A DNA stretch of 64,000 bases, from contig CBFDEM010000002.1 in the NCBI GenBank assembly GCA_965603825.1, positions 310,001 through 374,000 on the forward strand, in the 5' to 3' direction. Below, piece by piece: positions 1 through 11,577 of this stretch; position 1 is the first letter of the stretch; each line of letters starts with the position of its first letter. The translations under genes and the position numbers were made by a program. Under the pieces are notes generated by a model. The model had not been told where the DNA came from and made no database searches. It saw nothing but the letters and a program-made list of their open reading frames with translations. This DNA comes from Blepharisma stoltei ATCC 30299. Its lineage: Eukaryota; Protista; Ciliophora.

Positions 1-402
1 AGGATCTTCTATTTTCTCTACTCTACTCGGTTTATTTTCTTTTTCCCCACTCTTCAAACTAACCACTTTTCTCTCAGAGTCTCTGAATAATCCAGCCTTG
101 CTGCTTCTCTCAAACACATTCCCCCACGGCTCCTTCTTTTTCTCACAAAATCTCATGCACGCGTTCATGTCTTTTAATTTGACTTCAAAAATATCCCTAT
201 ATTTCTTTAATTTCCTCATTTCCCTCAGTCTCACTTTTTTCAGCACCCCTTCATGATCACTTGTCGGGAGCTTCAAAATCTCTTTCTCAATGTTATCCCC
301 TTTATAATGCGAAATGATCCCTTGCGATGACTCCTCTCTCCTTACAATGAATTCGTCTACTTGTTTGTCACTCTCCAAAGCGTCAATGATGTTAATAGGC
401 AT
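1..402 (-). CDS. Hypothetical protein, 3' end runs off the window
   Basis: ATG at 402 (MPINIIDALESDK...) after an AT-rich spacer. 134 open codons to the window edge. Not in the ORF track. Confidence 0.7.
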   Translation of the reverse strand, partial: MPINIIDALESDKQVDEFIVRREESSQGIISHYKGDNIEKEILKLPTSDHEGVLKKVRLREMRKLKKYRDIFEVKLKDMNACMRFCEKKKEPWGNVFERSSKAGLFRDSERKVVSLKSGEKENKPSRVEKIEDP

Positions 403-434
403 ATTTAAAATATGGAGTGTTTGATTAGAAATAT

Positions 435-2303
435 TTAGCTTATTATAAAGCTCTCATCATTGTTGCCGATGGATACCAAATAGAACTTCTTTCTTCTGGA
501 ATCATAGGACAAGATACGAGCATTTCTCGTACAGTAGGTATACTCGTTATCAAATTTGCCTGGCTGATGTCCCCAAAACGTGCCTTTCACTGGAGTTTGT
601 CCTAATTCTTTTATGCTCCCTTCATAAATGATTTTCCAAGCATTGGGGTTCTCCTCACCTTCTTCATTAAGTCCTCCAAAAATTATGAAACTGTCTTCAA
701 ATCCGATTGCTCCGAGGCTTGACAATCTTTGGGGTAGTTTAAAAGTTAATTTCTCCCATCTTCTATTAAGTCTGATAACTGATCTGCAGGTTTTTCCTGA
801 TTTTATTCCTCCAACTACATATAAATCGTTCCCTACTGAAAAAGAAGCAGCATATTCTCGTGGCTTTTCTAATGGCTCAAGTGATCTCCAAGACAGCGAT
901 CTTAAGTTCAAGGCTTCAACTTCTACTGTATCTTTTCCACTAATTACTACTAAGGAGCCATTGTGGATACAAGCCGTATGGTGCTTGTGAGAGACTTTTA
1001 GATCGCTTATAGGTGAAAATGCATAGGTGTCCCAAAGCCAAGCTTTATTGCTGCTGACTATGATTAGACCAATTGATGTCTGAGTTAAGCTATAGTCTTT
1101 CTTTAAGCCTATTGTAACTTCGTGATGAGTTACTGAGCATTCTTTTGGATGATATCCTACAAGCTGATTGCTGAGTGGATTAATATAGAACCCAACTTCG
1201 GAGTATATCAATTCTTCATGTTGAGGAACCTGGAGGTCTAAATTGAATTCTAATTGAGGATTTTCTTCTTTACCATCCTCAGCCTCTTGTGTATTCTTTT
1301 TCTTGTTGCTTACCATTTGCAAGTCATCAAATCCTTCGTTGATTTCTTCCCTTTCTTCAACTCTCACTGTGACAACTCCTTTTGGTGGCTCTACTTCAAC
1401 TTCAACTTCCTCTTGCTCTTGCTCTTCCTCTTCAAATTGAATATTGAAATAATTGCATAGTTCTTTGGAGACTTTTTTTTCTCTCGATTTTCCTTCTCTT
1501 GCAAGTTTCTGAAGCACGTCACTAATAGCTTTGCAAGACAAGCAAGTTCCTTTTCCTCCTTGATTTTCCAGAATAACTCCTTTCATAATCCCTTTTTTCC
1601 CACATACCAAACCTCCTTGAGCCTCTTTATTCATAGCAATAGGGAGTTGAAAATGAAATTGATCAAATGGAATTGCATTTGTCTTGTTTTTATCTATTAC
1701 ACCTTCCTTTCCAATAAACAAAACATTGATTTCTTCATTTTTTCCAATATCATCTTCATTAAGCCTAATTCTGCTTCTTTTTCTAAGCGCCTCTGCATCG
1801 TTTGCTTCAAGCTCAAGTTTCAATATGACGGCTTCGTCCACTATTGCGGCATAAATTTTTTCATTGAATTTTTGAGGGTTTTTGATCCCTGGAATCACCA
1901 CTTGAAGTGAAGGTATGACAGACTTATCAGGACAAACGATTTTTGATACCAAAACATACTCAGGGGTCAGAAGAATTGATGAAAAATAGATATCGCCTCG
2001 AATTATACGACAAACGTTTTGTGAGAGCGAAAAAAGAGGGTCAGAGCTGGTTATTGTAAGGACTTCTTCTTTGACGAAGTTTAAAGTGACTTTACTTGAA
2101 GACCTGCAGGCTTGGACGAGCTCATTGTCTGAAGTTAATTTCTTTGTATTTAGGAAAAGAAAATATGAGCCTTTTCCAGCTTCTTTGAACATGGTTTTAC
2201 ATTTTTGGATGATCATTTCTAAGGAAGTAATGTTAGTGATCTGTGCTGTTTGGCCTTTGAAGTTGACAATGATCATTGTTTGTTTTCCGCAGCATGCACC
2301 CAT
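435..2303 (-). CDS. Kelch-repeat protein with N-terminal MGACC lipidation motif and degenerate trypsin-like domain
   Basis: C-terminal Kelch repeats (LVVISGK, LYVVGG, FIIFGG, each with downstream W). N-terminal MGACCG. Central VCRI..SSILLTPEYVLV and AQGGLVCGKKGIMKGV resemble trypsin-like segments. Confidence 0.8.
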   Translation of the reverse strand: MGACCGKQTMIIVNFKGQTAQITNITSLEMIIQKCKTMFKEAGKGSYFLFLNTKKLTSDNELVQACRSSSKVTLNFVKEEVLTITSSDPLFSLSQNVCRIIRGDIYFSSILLTPEYVLVSKIVCPDKSVIPSLQVVIPGIKNPQKFNEKIYAAIVDEAVILKLELEANDAEALRKRSRIRLNEDDIGKNEEINVLFIGKEGVIDKNKTNAIPFDQFHFQLPIAMNKEAQGGLVCGKKGIMKGVILENQGGKGTCLSCKAISDVLQKLAREGKSREKKVSKELCNYFNIQFEEEEQEQEEVEVEVEPPKGVVTVRVEEREEINEGFDDLQMVSNKKKNTQEAEDGKEENPQLEFNLDLQVPQHEELIYSEVGFYINPLSNQLVGYHPKECSVTHHEVTIGLKKDYSLTQTSIGLIIVSSNKAWLWDTYAFSPISDLKVSHKHHTACIHNGSLVVISGKDTVEVEALNLRSLSWRSLEPLEKPREYAASFSVGNDLYVVGGIKSGKTCRSVIRLNRRWEKLTFKLPQRLSSLGAIGFEDSFIIFGGLNEEGEENPNAWKIIYEGSIKELGQTPVKGTFWGHQPGKFDNEYTYCTRNARILSYDSRRKKFYLVSIGNNDESFIIS

Positions 2304-2960
2304 TATTAAATTTATAATGGACTTATTAGTTTCAAAATAAATTTGAGCGTATTAGAAGTTTATTAGGACGAATTTCAGAGAGTCGTGATTTTTATTTAAA
2401 ATGATAAAGATGATTGAAAGCTTCTTACAAGTTGGTCAAATGGTGATGAATATTTTTAGTGCCTTGCTGCAGATGCGACTTAATTTTTGAATTAAAGATA
2501 ATTTCTGATAAAAAATGAATATCATTTAAATAAGTATTTTATCATAAAATTTAAATTTTTGAAGAGCAAAATGAGTAATTTTAATTAGGAACAATAATGT
2601 TAAATTCAGCCAAATATTAGGTGTTCTAAAACAATAATGAAAGTTAAATTTCAAATTAATAATTTATTGGCAAATTAAGCATTGTTTAAAATCAAAACGC
2701 TTTTTAATTTCATATTTTGGATTTTTCTTATAGTCTTTCTTGGCAAAGATTCGAGAAAAATGAATGGATTTGATAAACTATAAATATATAATTATTTAGG
2801 TTTGAAATATATGATATTTTTATTTACATCATTTTAAAGCTGATTTATCAGCATTTCTCTCTTTATATCAGGTATAATATAAAATTTGAATATTAATTGA
2901 TTTAATGCAAAAATTAATTCTATTTAAAGCATGCCAAATAAAAATTGATAAAGCGATTAA

Positions 2961-3755
2961 TTATATAAATGTAGGTTCAATAAGTATTCCAGATGGTAAT
3001 ATATTGCACGATTTATAGTCCAGAGTTCTTCCTGCTTCGCTGAGCACAAACGGAGGATTCCGTTTTACCCTGAAAATTCTCTTTTTCGGTTTATGCTCAA
3101 CAATTTCATTTCTGTAAATTCTCTTCTCAATCTTCATTTGAAGATTCCTTACTTTACTTCCAAAATGGCTTTCTTGGCGTAAAATCCTTTCTTTTTCTTT
3201 AATCTGGCGTAGAGCTACATCAAGCTCAGACTCAACAGCTGGAATATTATATTCATTTTGGGAAGATTTGCCTTTAGGAACTGAAACTGATCTCTTTCCA
3301 ATTGAAATTGGAGAAAAATGAAGAGCTTCAGCAACCATATAGACAAGGCGGTTTTTTGTGGATTCTTTTAAGTATTTGTGGTTAGATAATACAGTAATAG
3401 GGATTCTTAGCTCTTTTTCTTTTGAAGTAGTTTTAAGTCGCCTGGCTGATTTCGGACGGATTTTTGGAGAGGGAACGTTAGTGCTAGAAATGAACGATTC
3501 ATTTTTGTTAAGATTTATTAGTGTTGTTTCAGATATAGGTGTTTGTGAGGTAACTTTTGTGCTCTCAAGCTGGTCAATTAAGGATTTTTCTATCTCATCT
3601 TGAAAAGTAATAGACAATTTAAACCTTTTCTTTTTCTCAGGCAATGATTCTTGTGCTGGAACTCTTTTCAGAGGGTCCACTCTTTTTAGAATTGTTGGTT
3701 TAGGCCTTTTAAAAGATGTGTTTGTTGAATGTGCCGAAGCCAGACTGCTTTCCAT
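2961..3755 (-). CDS. Hypothetical basic Ser/Lys-rich protein
   Basis: Long ORF ending in TAA. Start moved to ATG 3755 (MESSLASAH) because the track start overlaps the upstream gene. Confidence 0.7.
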   Translation of the reverse strand: MESSLASAHSTNTSFKRPKPTILKRVDPLKRVPAQESLPEKKKRFKLSITFQDEIEKSLIDQLESTKVTSQTPISETTLINLNKNESFISSTNVPSPKIRPKSARRLKTTSKEKELRIPITVLSNHKYLKESTKNRLVYMVAEALHFSPISIGKRSVSVPKGKSSQNEYNIPAVESELDVALRQIKEKERILRQESHFGSKVRNLQMKIEKRIYRNEIVEHKPKKRIFRVKRNPPFVLSEAGRTLDYKSCNILPSGILIEPTFI

Positions 3756-3825
3756 TAAAGAAATTAATAACTTATTAGTATTTTTTATTTCAATTTTATT
3801 TAAGCAGTTAATTTCTGAAGACTCT

Positions 3826-4638
3826 TTAGTATAAATCTTCAGTATTGTTTGTTGCATCAGTTTTAAAAATTATTGGATTTTGAATAGTGTCAGTTTTGGT
3901 TTGGAAGCATTGATTCATCCCGATTTTTGAGAGTGGAAAGGTTGATTTGCCAATTGGCGTAGAACTTGTGGAAAATGTGGGAATTTCAGGAGCTAAAGGA
4001 CTATGAGGATTTTTAATAGTTCTTTCATGAGGAGATAATGAGCAGGTATCTGATCTCCTAGAAGTATGCTGCAAAGGAGATTTGTAGAGACTTGGAGATG
4101 CTCTTCTTTGATTTTCGTTTTTTTGGACTTGGATTACTGGGAACATGAATTTCTGCTTAACAATAGGGTTTGATGATGGCAATCTGGAGTCATCACATAA
4201 TAAAATTTCAGTTTGTTTTAGCATGGTCTTTCAATTTACTGGGGTACTTCTTCTATTTTGAGGCTTTTCTGTAACTTCGGATTTATTCCGAGGTTTCCCA
4301 AAGGCTGGCTTTACAATATAGCTTGGCAAATCATAATTATTTGGTTTTTTTATCGATTTTTCTTGAGTATAATCAGAATCAAGAAATCTTAAAGTGTAAT
4401 CATGCATATGTGTCCTCTCTCTACCTAAAATTTTTGTTTGGGTCTTAAATAACATTTCACCATAACTGTCTAAACATTTGGGGGATTCTTTCCTTCCTCA
4501 AAATTTTTTATGTTTTGCATACAACTCTATATAAGGAAAAGGAGCTTCCTTTTTACTGCTTTCAATATCTTTTTCTTTGTAATTTTGCATTTCAGAAATA
4601 ACGTCATGAACATTTAGTTCAGGCCTGATTTTTAGCAT
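3826..4638 (-). CDS. Hypothetical protein (270 aa)
   Basis: ORFs 4231-4455 and 3826-4224 share a frame. Reading TGA (4231, 4498) as Trp gives one ORF from ATG 4638 to TAA 3826. Confidence 0.7.
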
Positions 4639-5134
4639 AATCCGATTTTCGATTTAAATAAGATGTTATTATATAGAGACAATTTTCCAAAAATTTACTT
4701 TCTCAGATATTTGCTCGGAATAAACCATTAATTTCCAAACAAATGCTAACTATATTTACCGATCAATACCTCACTCATGATCAAAAATTATAAAGAAGAA
4801 AAAATTTAAACTTAATATTTAGATTTTACAAAAAAATTTAAAAATTTAGAACTGAAATAAGCTTCTAATATCTTCGTATCTGCATGAAAATTTAAGAGCA
4901 TATCTTGTGCAATATCAATGTACAGAATTTTCTCTACATTTAATACCATCTTTGTTCAGCGTCTTAAGTATTTTTTAAATTGCTTATGGCTTTTATAAAA
5001 ATAAATTCAGAAAATTGAAAATCTGGCTTGATGCAGTTTAAAAAATTCATATAGATTAAATCTGATAAAAAGATGACGAATTTTACAGCCAAATTGGTAA
5101 TTTATAACATCAATTAATCCAAAATACTTGCAGG

Positions 5135-6373
5135 ATGAATATAAAAGAAAGCGAAGGGATAGGTAATGAAATTTCTGAAGAAGGAGATCTTAACTTTAAC
5201 AAAGCGCTGCCTCAGCTAGTCGAAATCTCACCTACAAGCAGGTTTAGTAGGTTTGACGAAGAAATCGGATGTGGAGCTTATAAGACAGTCTACAAAGCAA
5301 TTGATAATGATACAGGCTGCGAAGTGGCCTGAAATATAGTCAGAACTCACGGGATGAGTAAGCTGGAAAAGGAAAGAGTCAGGGATGAAATCATGATCAT
5401 CCAGAAACTAAAACACCCGAATATTTTACATTTTATAAAAGCCTGGCATAACAAAGGTAGAGAGGAAGTCGTTTTCATTACTGAAATTATGACTGGTGGG
5501 TCTCTCAGGCAGTATCTAAAAAAAATTAAAACTCCAAGGCTAAAAGTAATCAAAAGGTGATGCAAATTTATTTTAGAAGGCTTAAATTATTTGCATTCCC
5601 AAAAACCGTTTCCGATCATCCATCGGGATCTAAAATGTGAAAATATTTTTGTGAGCGCAAGAACTGGAGAAATTAGAATCGGAGATTTAGGTTTGTCGAC
5701 ATTTATGAAAAGTTCATACAATAAATCAGTTGTTGGGACTCCTCAATATATGGCACCTGAACTATTTGAAGAAAGATATGGAACTAATGCTGATATTTAT
5801 TCTTTTGGCCTTTGCGTACTTGAAATGTGCACAGGTGAAATACCATATTCAGAATGTAAAAACGAAAGGGAAATTTATCAAAGGGTCTCACGAAGAATCA
5901 AGCCATTTGCCCTAGAAAAAATCGGAGACACAGATATAAAAGAATTTATTAAATTGTGCATGACTGATATGGACCAAAGACCTTCAGCAGAGGATCTGCT
6001 CAATCACCCATTTCTAATGATAGACGAAAGTGATGAAAAAACCCACGGAATAATAAAGCTAATAGAAGTTCCTTGAGTGCCAACTCTAGAGCTAATAGAC
6101 GACAAGTCACAAGCCTCAAGTGATTCCCCACAGCGAGATTTACTCAATATAAAAGATGAAAGATTTTATTCTTCCAAAGATATTCAGCTCTCTATAAAGA
6201 TAGGAGTTTTAGACCGACGGACTGGAAAAATTGTGAGGAGAAAATTGGATTTCTTATACAATTTAGAATCAGACACTCCTGAAGGTGTCGCTGAAGAAAT
6301 TGTTGCGAATTTCGCTTTGGAAAGTGAATACACTGAGTCTATTGCAATGATAATCCACAAAAAGCTTGGCTAA
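5135..6373 (+). CDS. WNK: WNK-family Ser/Thr kinase
   Basis: GCGAYKTVYKA, EVAW(TGA)N, IIHRDLKCENIF, IGDLGL, GTPQYMAPE. C-terminal PF2/CCT-like 'FLYNLESDTPEGVAEEIV'. Four track ORFs join through 3 TGA codons. Confidence 0.95.
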
Positions 6374-6462
6374 TATTAATCAGCCTATTTTTGTATAGAT
6401 AATTTAGGTATAATGCTAGAATATATTACAGTTTCACTTTATTTTAAATTGCTTATTATTAA

Positions 6463-7695
6463 ATGGAAGACGACTCAGAATTGAAGAAATTGTTGAATAC
6501 TGATGAAGAAGAAAACCATGAAGCAAAGGTTTCAATGCGTGAAGAGCCAGTAGAAATCCCTGAGAGATATCTTCCTCCCTGGTCAGAAGCAGATAACAAA
6601 CAAAAAATTGCAATAATTTATTATAAAATTGGAGCTTCTCTTCCTATAGCATCAACATTAGGAACTATTCTATGCTCATATATTCTTTATATTTGGCTTT
6701 ATATTTATTATCTAGTTGGCGACACAGATGATAGGCCAGAACTTTATTTCTGGCACAGTGAAAGCGAGAAAGAAAACGCAAAATTGCGAGGATGGATTTG
6801 TTTCAGCCTCTTCACACTTTGGTTTTTAATTATTCTTATAAGCTATTTTCAAGCTTATAAAACAGACCCAGGGACTATTCCTCCAGACTGGCAAGTTCCT
6901 GCAGAATTGAAAAAAGATACAAATTTAGAACGCATTGGCTTGGTTGAAAAGAGACACGATGGAAAAGCAAGGATCTGCAAATGGTGCAATTTATGCAAAC
7001 CTGATCGATGTCATCATTGCAAATTTTGTGGAAGATGTGTATTAAAACTCCATCATCATTGTGAATGAATTCCTAACTGTATAGGATATTTCAATTATAA
7101 ATATTTTTTCTTGATGATGCTATATGGAGAATTGTCAGCAATATTAATTGTGGCTACTTTTTGGGAAACTGTTGTTGTGGTGCTCAACGACTCAGAGTCG
7201 TCGACTTTTCTATGCTTTCTAGTAGTTTTTGGATATACAATGGCTTGCCTTTTTTCACTATCAGCCGCAATATTTTTAGCTATAAATATCAAAATAATTA
7301 AAGGAAATTATACATGGCTGGAATTCTGGGAAAAAAAATGATTTGCGCCGAAACTGAAAAAATTTGAAGTTTCACCGTACGATAGAGGAATTTATAATAA
7401 TTTAAAAGAAGCTTTAGGGCAGAAATGATACTGGTGGCTTCTTCCGTTTTATTATAGAGAAGAAGGAGAAACAGGGTTGTTTTTCAGGATCTCTGAAGAA
7501 GTGCAAACTGCTGAGTGCAGTATTTGCATGACTCCTTTATATACAAAAGAAACGAGTTTAGAAAACGTAGAAATGTGGGCACCAGTTCAAACTTCTTGTA
7601 ACCACACTTTTCATAATAACTGCATTGTCGAATGATCTAAATTAAAGAGACAATGCCCGATTTGCAGATCATCATTAGATTGGATTATAGCATAA
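6463..7695 (+). CDS. DHHC-family palmitoyltransferase (HHHC variant) with C-terminal RING-H2 finger
   Basis: DPG motif, CKWCNLCKPDRCHHCKFCGRCVLKLHHHCEW, TM helices, PaCCT-like 'SPYDRGIYNNLKEALG.KWYWWLLP', then C-x2-C-x23-C-x-H-x2-H-x2-C-x10-C-x2-C. One frame with 4 TGA, ending TAA 7693-7695. Confidence 0.9.
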
Positions 7696-7761
7696 ACCTT
7701 AATAATTTTTGCAATACATTTAATAATAATAATTAACAGCCAAATATATTTAAGACTAAAA

Positions 7762-8847
7762 CTACGCAAAAGATTCCCACTCTCTGTTTCCTTCTATTAT
7801 TATTTCATTAGAATCAAGAAATGATTTGGTTTCTTGAATAATTAAAGCAGATTGGTCTCTGATTTTGCATTTATACAAATTCCCATCAAGATGTGCCAAA
7901 ATAAAATTAGTCTCATCAATAAAGCATCCTATGGGTCCGACATTGACGGTATATGGGCAAGTCCAGCTCACCTCAGGCTTTAAGCTTAATTTTGCTAGGG
8001 ATCTATTATATTGAAAATAATTTGGCAAAAATCGGCTAAATCTACCTGCTGATTGAGGAGTTGGAGCTTTTAGATTCCAAACGTGAATAGTTGATCGGTT
8101 GCTTGATGCTAATAAATGATGACAATTAGGACTAAAAGCAATAGACGAGACTTGCGCTGGGCTAGTTCCTCTTCTTAGCTCATGCAATAGTTGAAGAGTT
8201 TTAGTATCAAAAACTCTTATAATTGTCCCTTGTTCACTAGCACTCGCTCCAATTGTTCCTGGAAAATTCAGTGCTAGTAAAGTTATTGGATTTTCATGTA
8301 TTAGGCCAGATTTGACTTCTCCGTCATAATAATTTGTAATTTTTACATGCCCATGAGTTGTTTGCAGACTTGCTAATATGAATTGATCTCTATCATATGA
8401 GACAGCAGCAACACCATTTTCGTTTTCTATAGTGGGTATTGAATCAGTAGCTTTAAGTATTAGCAAATCATACACATATGTGATTTTTTCTAGAACAATC
8501 ACAGCTTTATCTCTTCTCAGTAGCACATTTTTTACTTCTGATCGAAATCGTATTTCTCCTTTGAAATCTTCCTTCTGGTTATCTCAAAAATAAGCAATAT
8601 TTGGAGGGTAGATGCTATTTCCAGGGCTTCCTACTAAGCATAGCAATTCCGTGGAAAACATTGGAGATATGCAAGTGAACCCGCCTGAAAAGTAAGTAGT
8701 AGCTTCATGATCTCGGCGAGATATAATTTTGCAATCTTCAGTTCTTATAATCCTGAATCCTTTTGTGGTTCCAACAAAGAGAAGGTCGTTTGTTTGATTG
8801 AATGCTACTTTAAGGATTCTATTTCCTATATCTTCTGAATTTATCAT
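7762..8847 (-). CDS. ATG18: PROPPIN / ATG18-WIPI (WDR45/WIPI3-4-like) beta-propeller
   Basis: ASASEQGTIIRVF, ELRRG phosphoinositide motif, SSNRSTIHVW, YFW(TGA)DN..EIRFRSEVKNVLLRRD. TAG stop. Alternative ATG at 8874. Confidence 0.9.
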
Positions 8848-9160
8848 TTCTGTATTTAAAATGAAATTTATCATTAGTTTTTTCCAACATTATTAGTGAA
8901 TTTCTAAAATAAAGCCATAAAAACAAAAAGAAAACCATAAAGATCACTACTCGTGCGTCAAAACCTCAGCGCATGAGTATCAATAAGAAGCACTCTATCA
9001 TATTGCATAAAATTTAATTCAGACACTGCTTTCTTCTTTAAAAAGATTATGCTAAAATAAAACGAGAAAACTTTGCAATACTTGATGTTCAAAACATAAA
9101 CTAATGACAAAATAATAATTTTTGATTTCTTTTATATTTCCATTTTTTATATATAATACA

Positions 9161-11503
9161 ATGTCCTCTTTAGTTGGAACCAACAATGAGCAGCTTATAT
9201 TGACTAAATTCCATTCTCGTAGCGTGATTCATTATAATTACGCAGAGTTTTATATTGAATCAAGCTATACCAACTCTTCTAAAGTTGCCATTGAAGCATC
9301 ATATGTTTTTCCGAGCATTTCTGGTATGCACTTATCAAAGCTCTCAATATATACAGGCAAAATTGAGCTTCAGCTTAAAATTGAAGAGTACCAAAGGCCT
9401 CTAAAATCATATCAAGATGCAAAAAATGCAGGCGAAAGCGATTACACACTTGATAAATTAAGAGAAACGAACATGATATGCTATCGTGTTGGAAATGTTT
9501 TAGCGAATTCTCAAGTTGCAATTAAAGCAGTTTATGTTTGCAAAACTGAGCAAACACTTCCTGAAAACTATTGGAAATTCAAAATCCCTAAAGATCTGTT
9601 ACCTAATAAATTAGGAAGTATCAAACACTCTGCAGAAGCATTTATAATATGGAAAGATTTTCCTGTAGAGCATGGGAATTTTATTTTGAAAAAAGGAAAT
9701 TTAATAACACTTGATGAAAAGCACAACTTAGCAGCCTTCAGGAACTTCGACCCTAATTATGATATTGAGCTTATTTATTATTATGAAATCCCAAAAGAGC
9801 CTTTGCTAATAGTCCAAAAAGATCAAAGAACTGATAGATATGCCTTTCATTTGTCCTATACACCTATTAAAGAATTAAATGAAAGTGGAAATGATGGAGA
9901 GTTTGTGATTTTGCTAGACAGAAGTGGATCAATGAGCAGCAGAATAAAATTAGCAACAGAGGCAGTTGCATTATTTATCCGTTCTCTCCCTGCAAACTGC
10001 TATTTTAATGTAGTAAGCTTTGGAAGTAGATATGAGTCGATGTTCAAGAAAAGCAAAAAATATGATAAATGCTCGGCTGATGAAGCACACCGTTTAGTTC
10101 TCAAGTATAAAAGTGATATGCATGGAACTAAGCTGCTCGATCCTTTGGAATACATTTTTAATTGACCGAGAATTCCAGGGTATCCATTAAATATCTTTAT
10201 AGTGACTGATGGGAATATTTGGCTACATAAGAAAGAAATAGTTGCTTTGATCAAGAAACATAAAAATGAAGTAAAAATAAGCACTATTGGAATTGACACA
10301 AATCACGCTTCTATTGATGAATTTGCGAAGTTAGGCAATGGTACTTCTCAGCATGTATATAGCGAAAACCAGATAAAGCCAGCAATTTTGAGCTCGCTAA
10401 AGCAAGCATTAGCCCCTATGCTTTCTAATATTCAGCTATCAGACTATGACCCATTTGACTTTGTTCTGCCAAAAGATCCCTTTAGTATTTTTTCAGGTGA
10501 AAAAGTTGAAATTTCAGGAGTTTTCAAAAAAAGAAAACTCCCTAGAAACATAAAATTGCTATTTGAAAATGAAGGATTACCTCAAAGTTTTGAGTTAGAA
10601 ATAAATGGAGATCTCATTCCAGCTTCTTGCTCTGTTCTCCTATTAGAAGCAAAAGAATATTTAAATAGATGTTACCGTCAGACATCAGTTAAAAAATCTA
10701 AAGAGTACTTAGTTGAAGGCCAATTCACATCATTTAACACAATAAGATATAAAAAAAAAGAATCGCCAGTCGAGATAAAATCTACAGATAATGCTGAAGA
10801 TATGCAGCATTCTGCAATTGATCTACAGAAGACAGCTCAAAACCAACCAGCAAAAATCAGCCAAAGAAGAGCAAGGTCAGGAAAAACTGTACCCGAACTT
10901 ACAGTGCAGACTAGATCTCAAGTTAAAAGAGCTGCTAAAAAGTCTGCTCCAAAACAGACAACTCCTAAGAGAGCAGTATCTGCCATAACCACTACACAAG
11001 CCGATACTCCCATAACTAGAAGTTCTTCAAAGCTAGAAGATGTAAGCCTACAGACTAAAAGAGGAAGGGCAAAGCAAGCAAAAGTAATTCCTCCTCGTAA
11101 AAAAGCTAAAGTAGAAAAGGATGAGGCTAAAATCAAAAACATTGAAATAAAACCAATAGAAAATAAGGAAAAAGAAGCTATTAGTGATCCTAGACCTCAA
11201 GAAAGCAAAGAAGTGAAATGCATTGATGTTGGATATGAAGTTGAAAAAATAATGCATCTACAAAATCCTGATGGTTTTTGGGAATGTTCTAGAGACTTAT
11301 TAGATATTGCAATTAATTTGCTTGACTATGATAATAGAAACTATTGAACAGCGTTTGATGAAAATTTAACTACAGCTTTTATTGTTGCATTACTTAATGA
11401 AAAATGTGAAGATTATAAGTGCCTATGGGAGTTAGTAGTTATGAAAGCTAAAAAGTGGCTAAGCAAAAACAAACAAAGGTTGCTGTCACTTGCAGATTTT
11501 TAA
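9161..11503 (+). CDS. VIT + von Willebrand factor A domain protein (VWA5A-like)
   Basis: IEASYVFP (VIT), LLDRSGSM MIDAS, FNVVSFGS, IFIVTDG, C-terminal LQNPDGFW and WELVVMKAKKWL. Two TGA read as Trp. Confidence 0.88.
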
Positions 11504-11577
11504 TTTCTTAATATCCTACAGCATAATTTTTAAAAGTATTAATTTGTTGATAATCATTTTAATTCCATATTTATAAG

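Noticed and set aside
2401-2511. 36-codon ORF in an intergenic region
   Set aside because: No motif and no compositional support.
6369-6407. GC-AG 15-mer and GT-AG 15-mer after the WNK stop
   Set aside because: Splicing would run the frame through the AT-rich spacer into the next gene out of frame. The TAA at 6371 already gives a plausible end.
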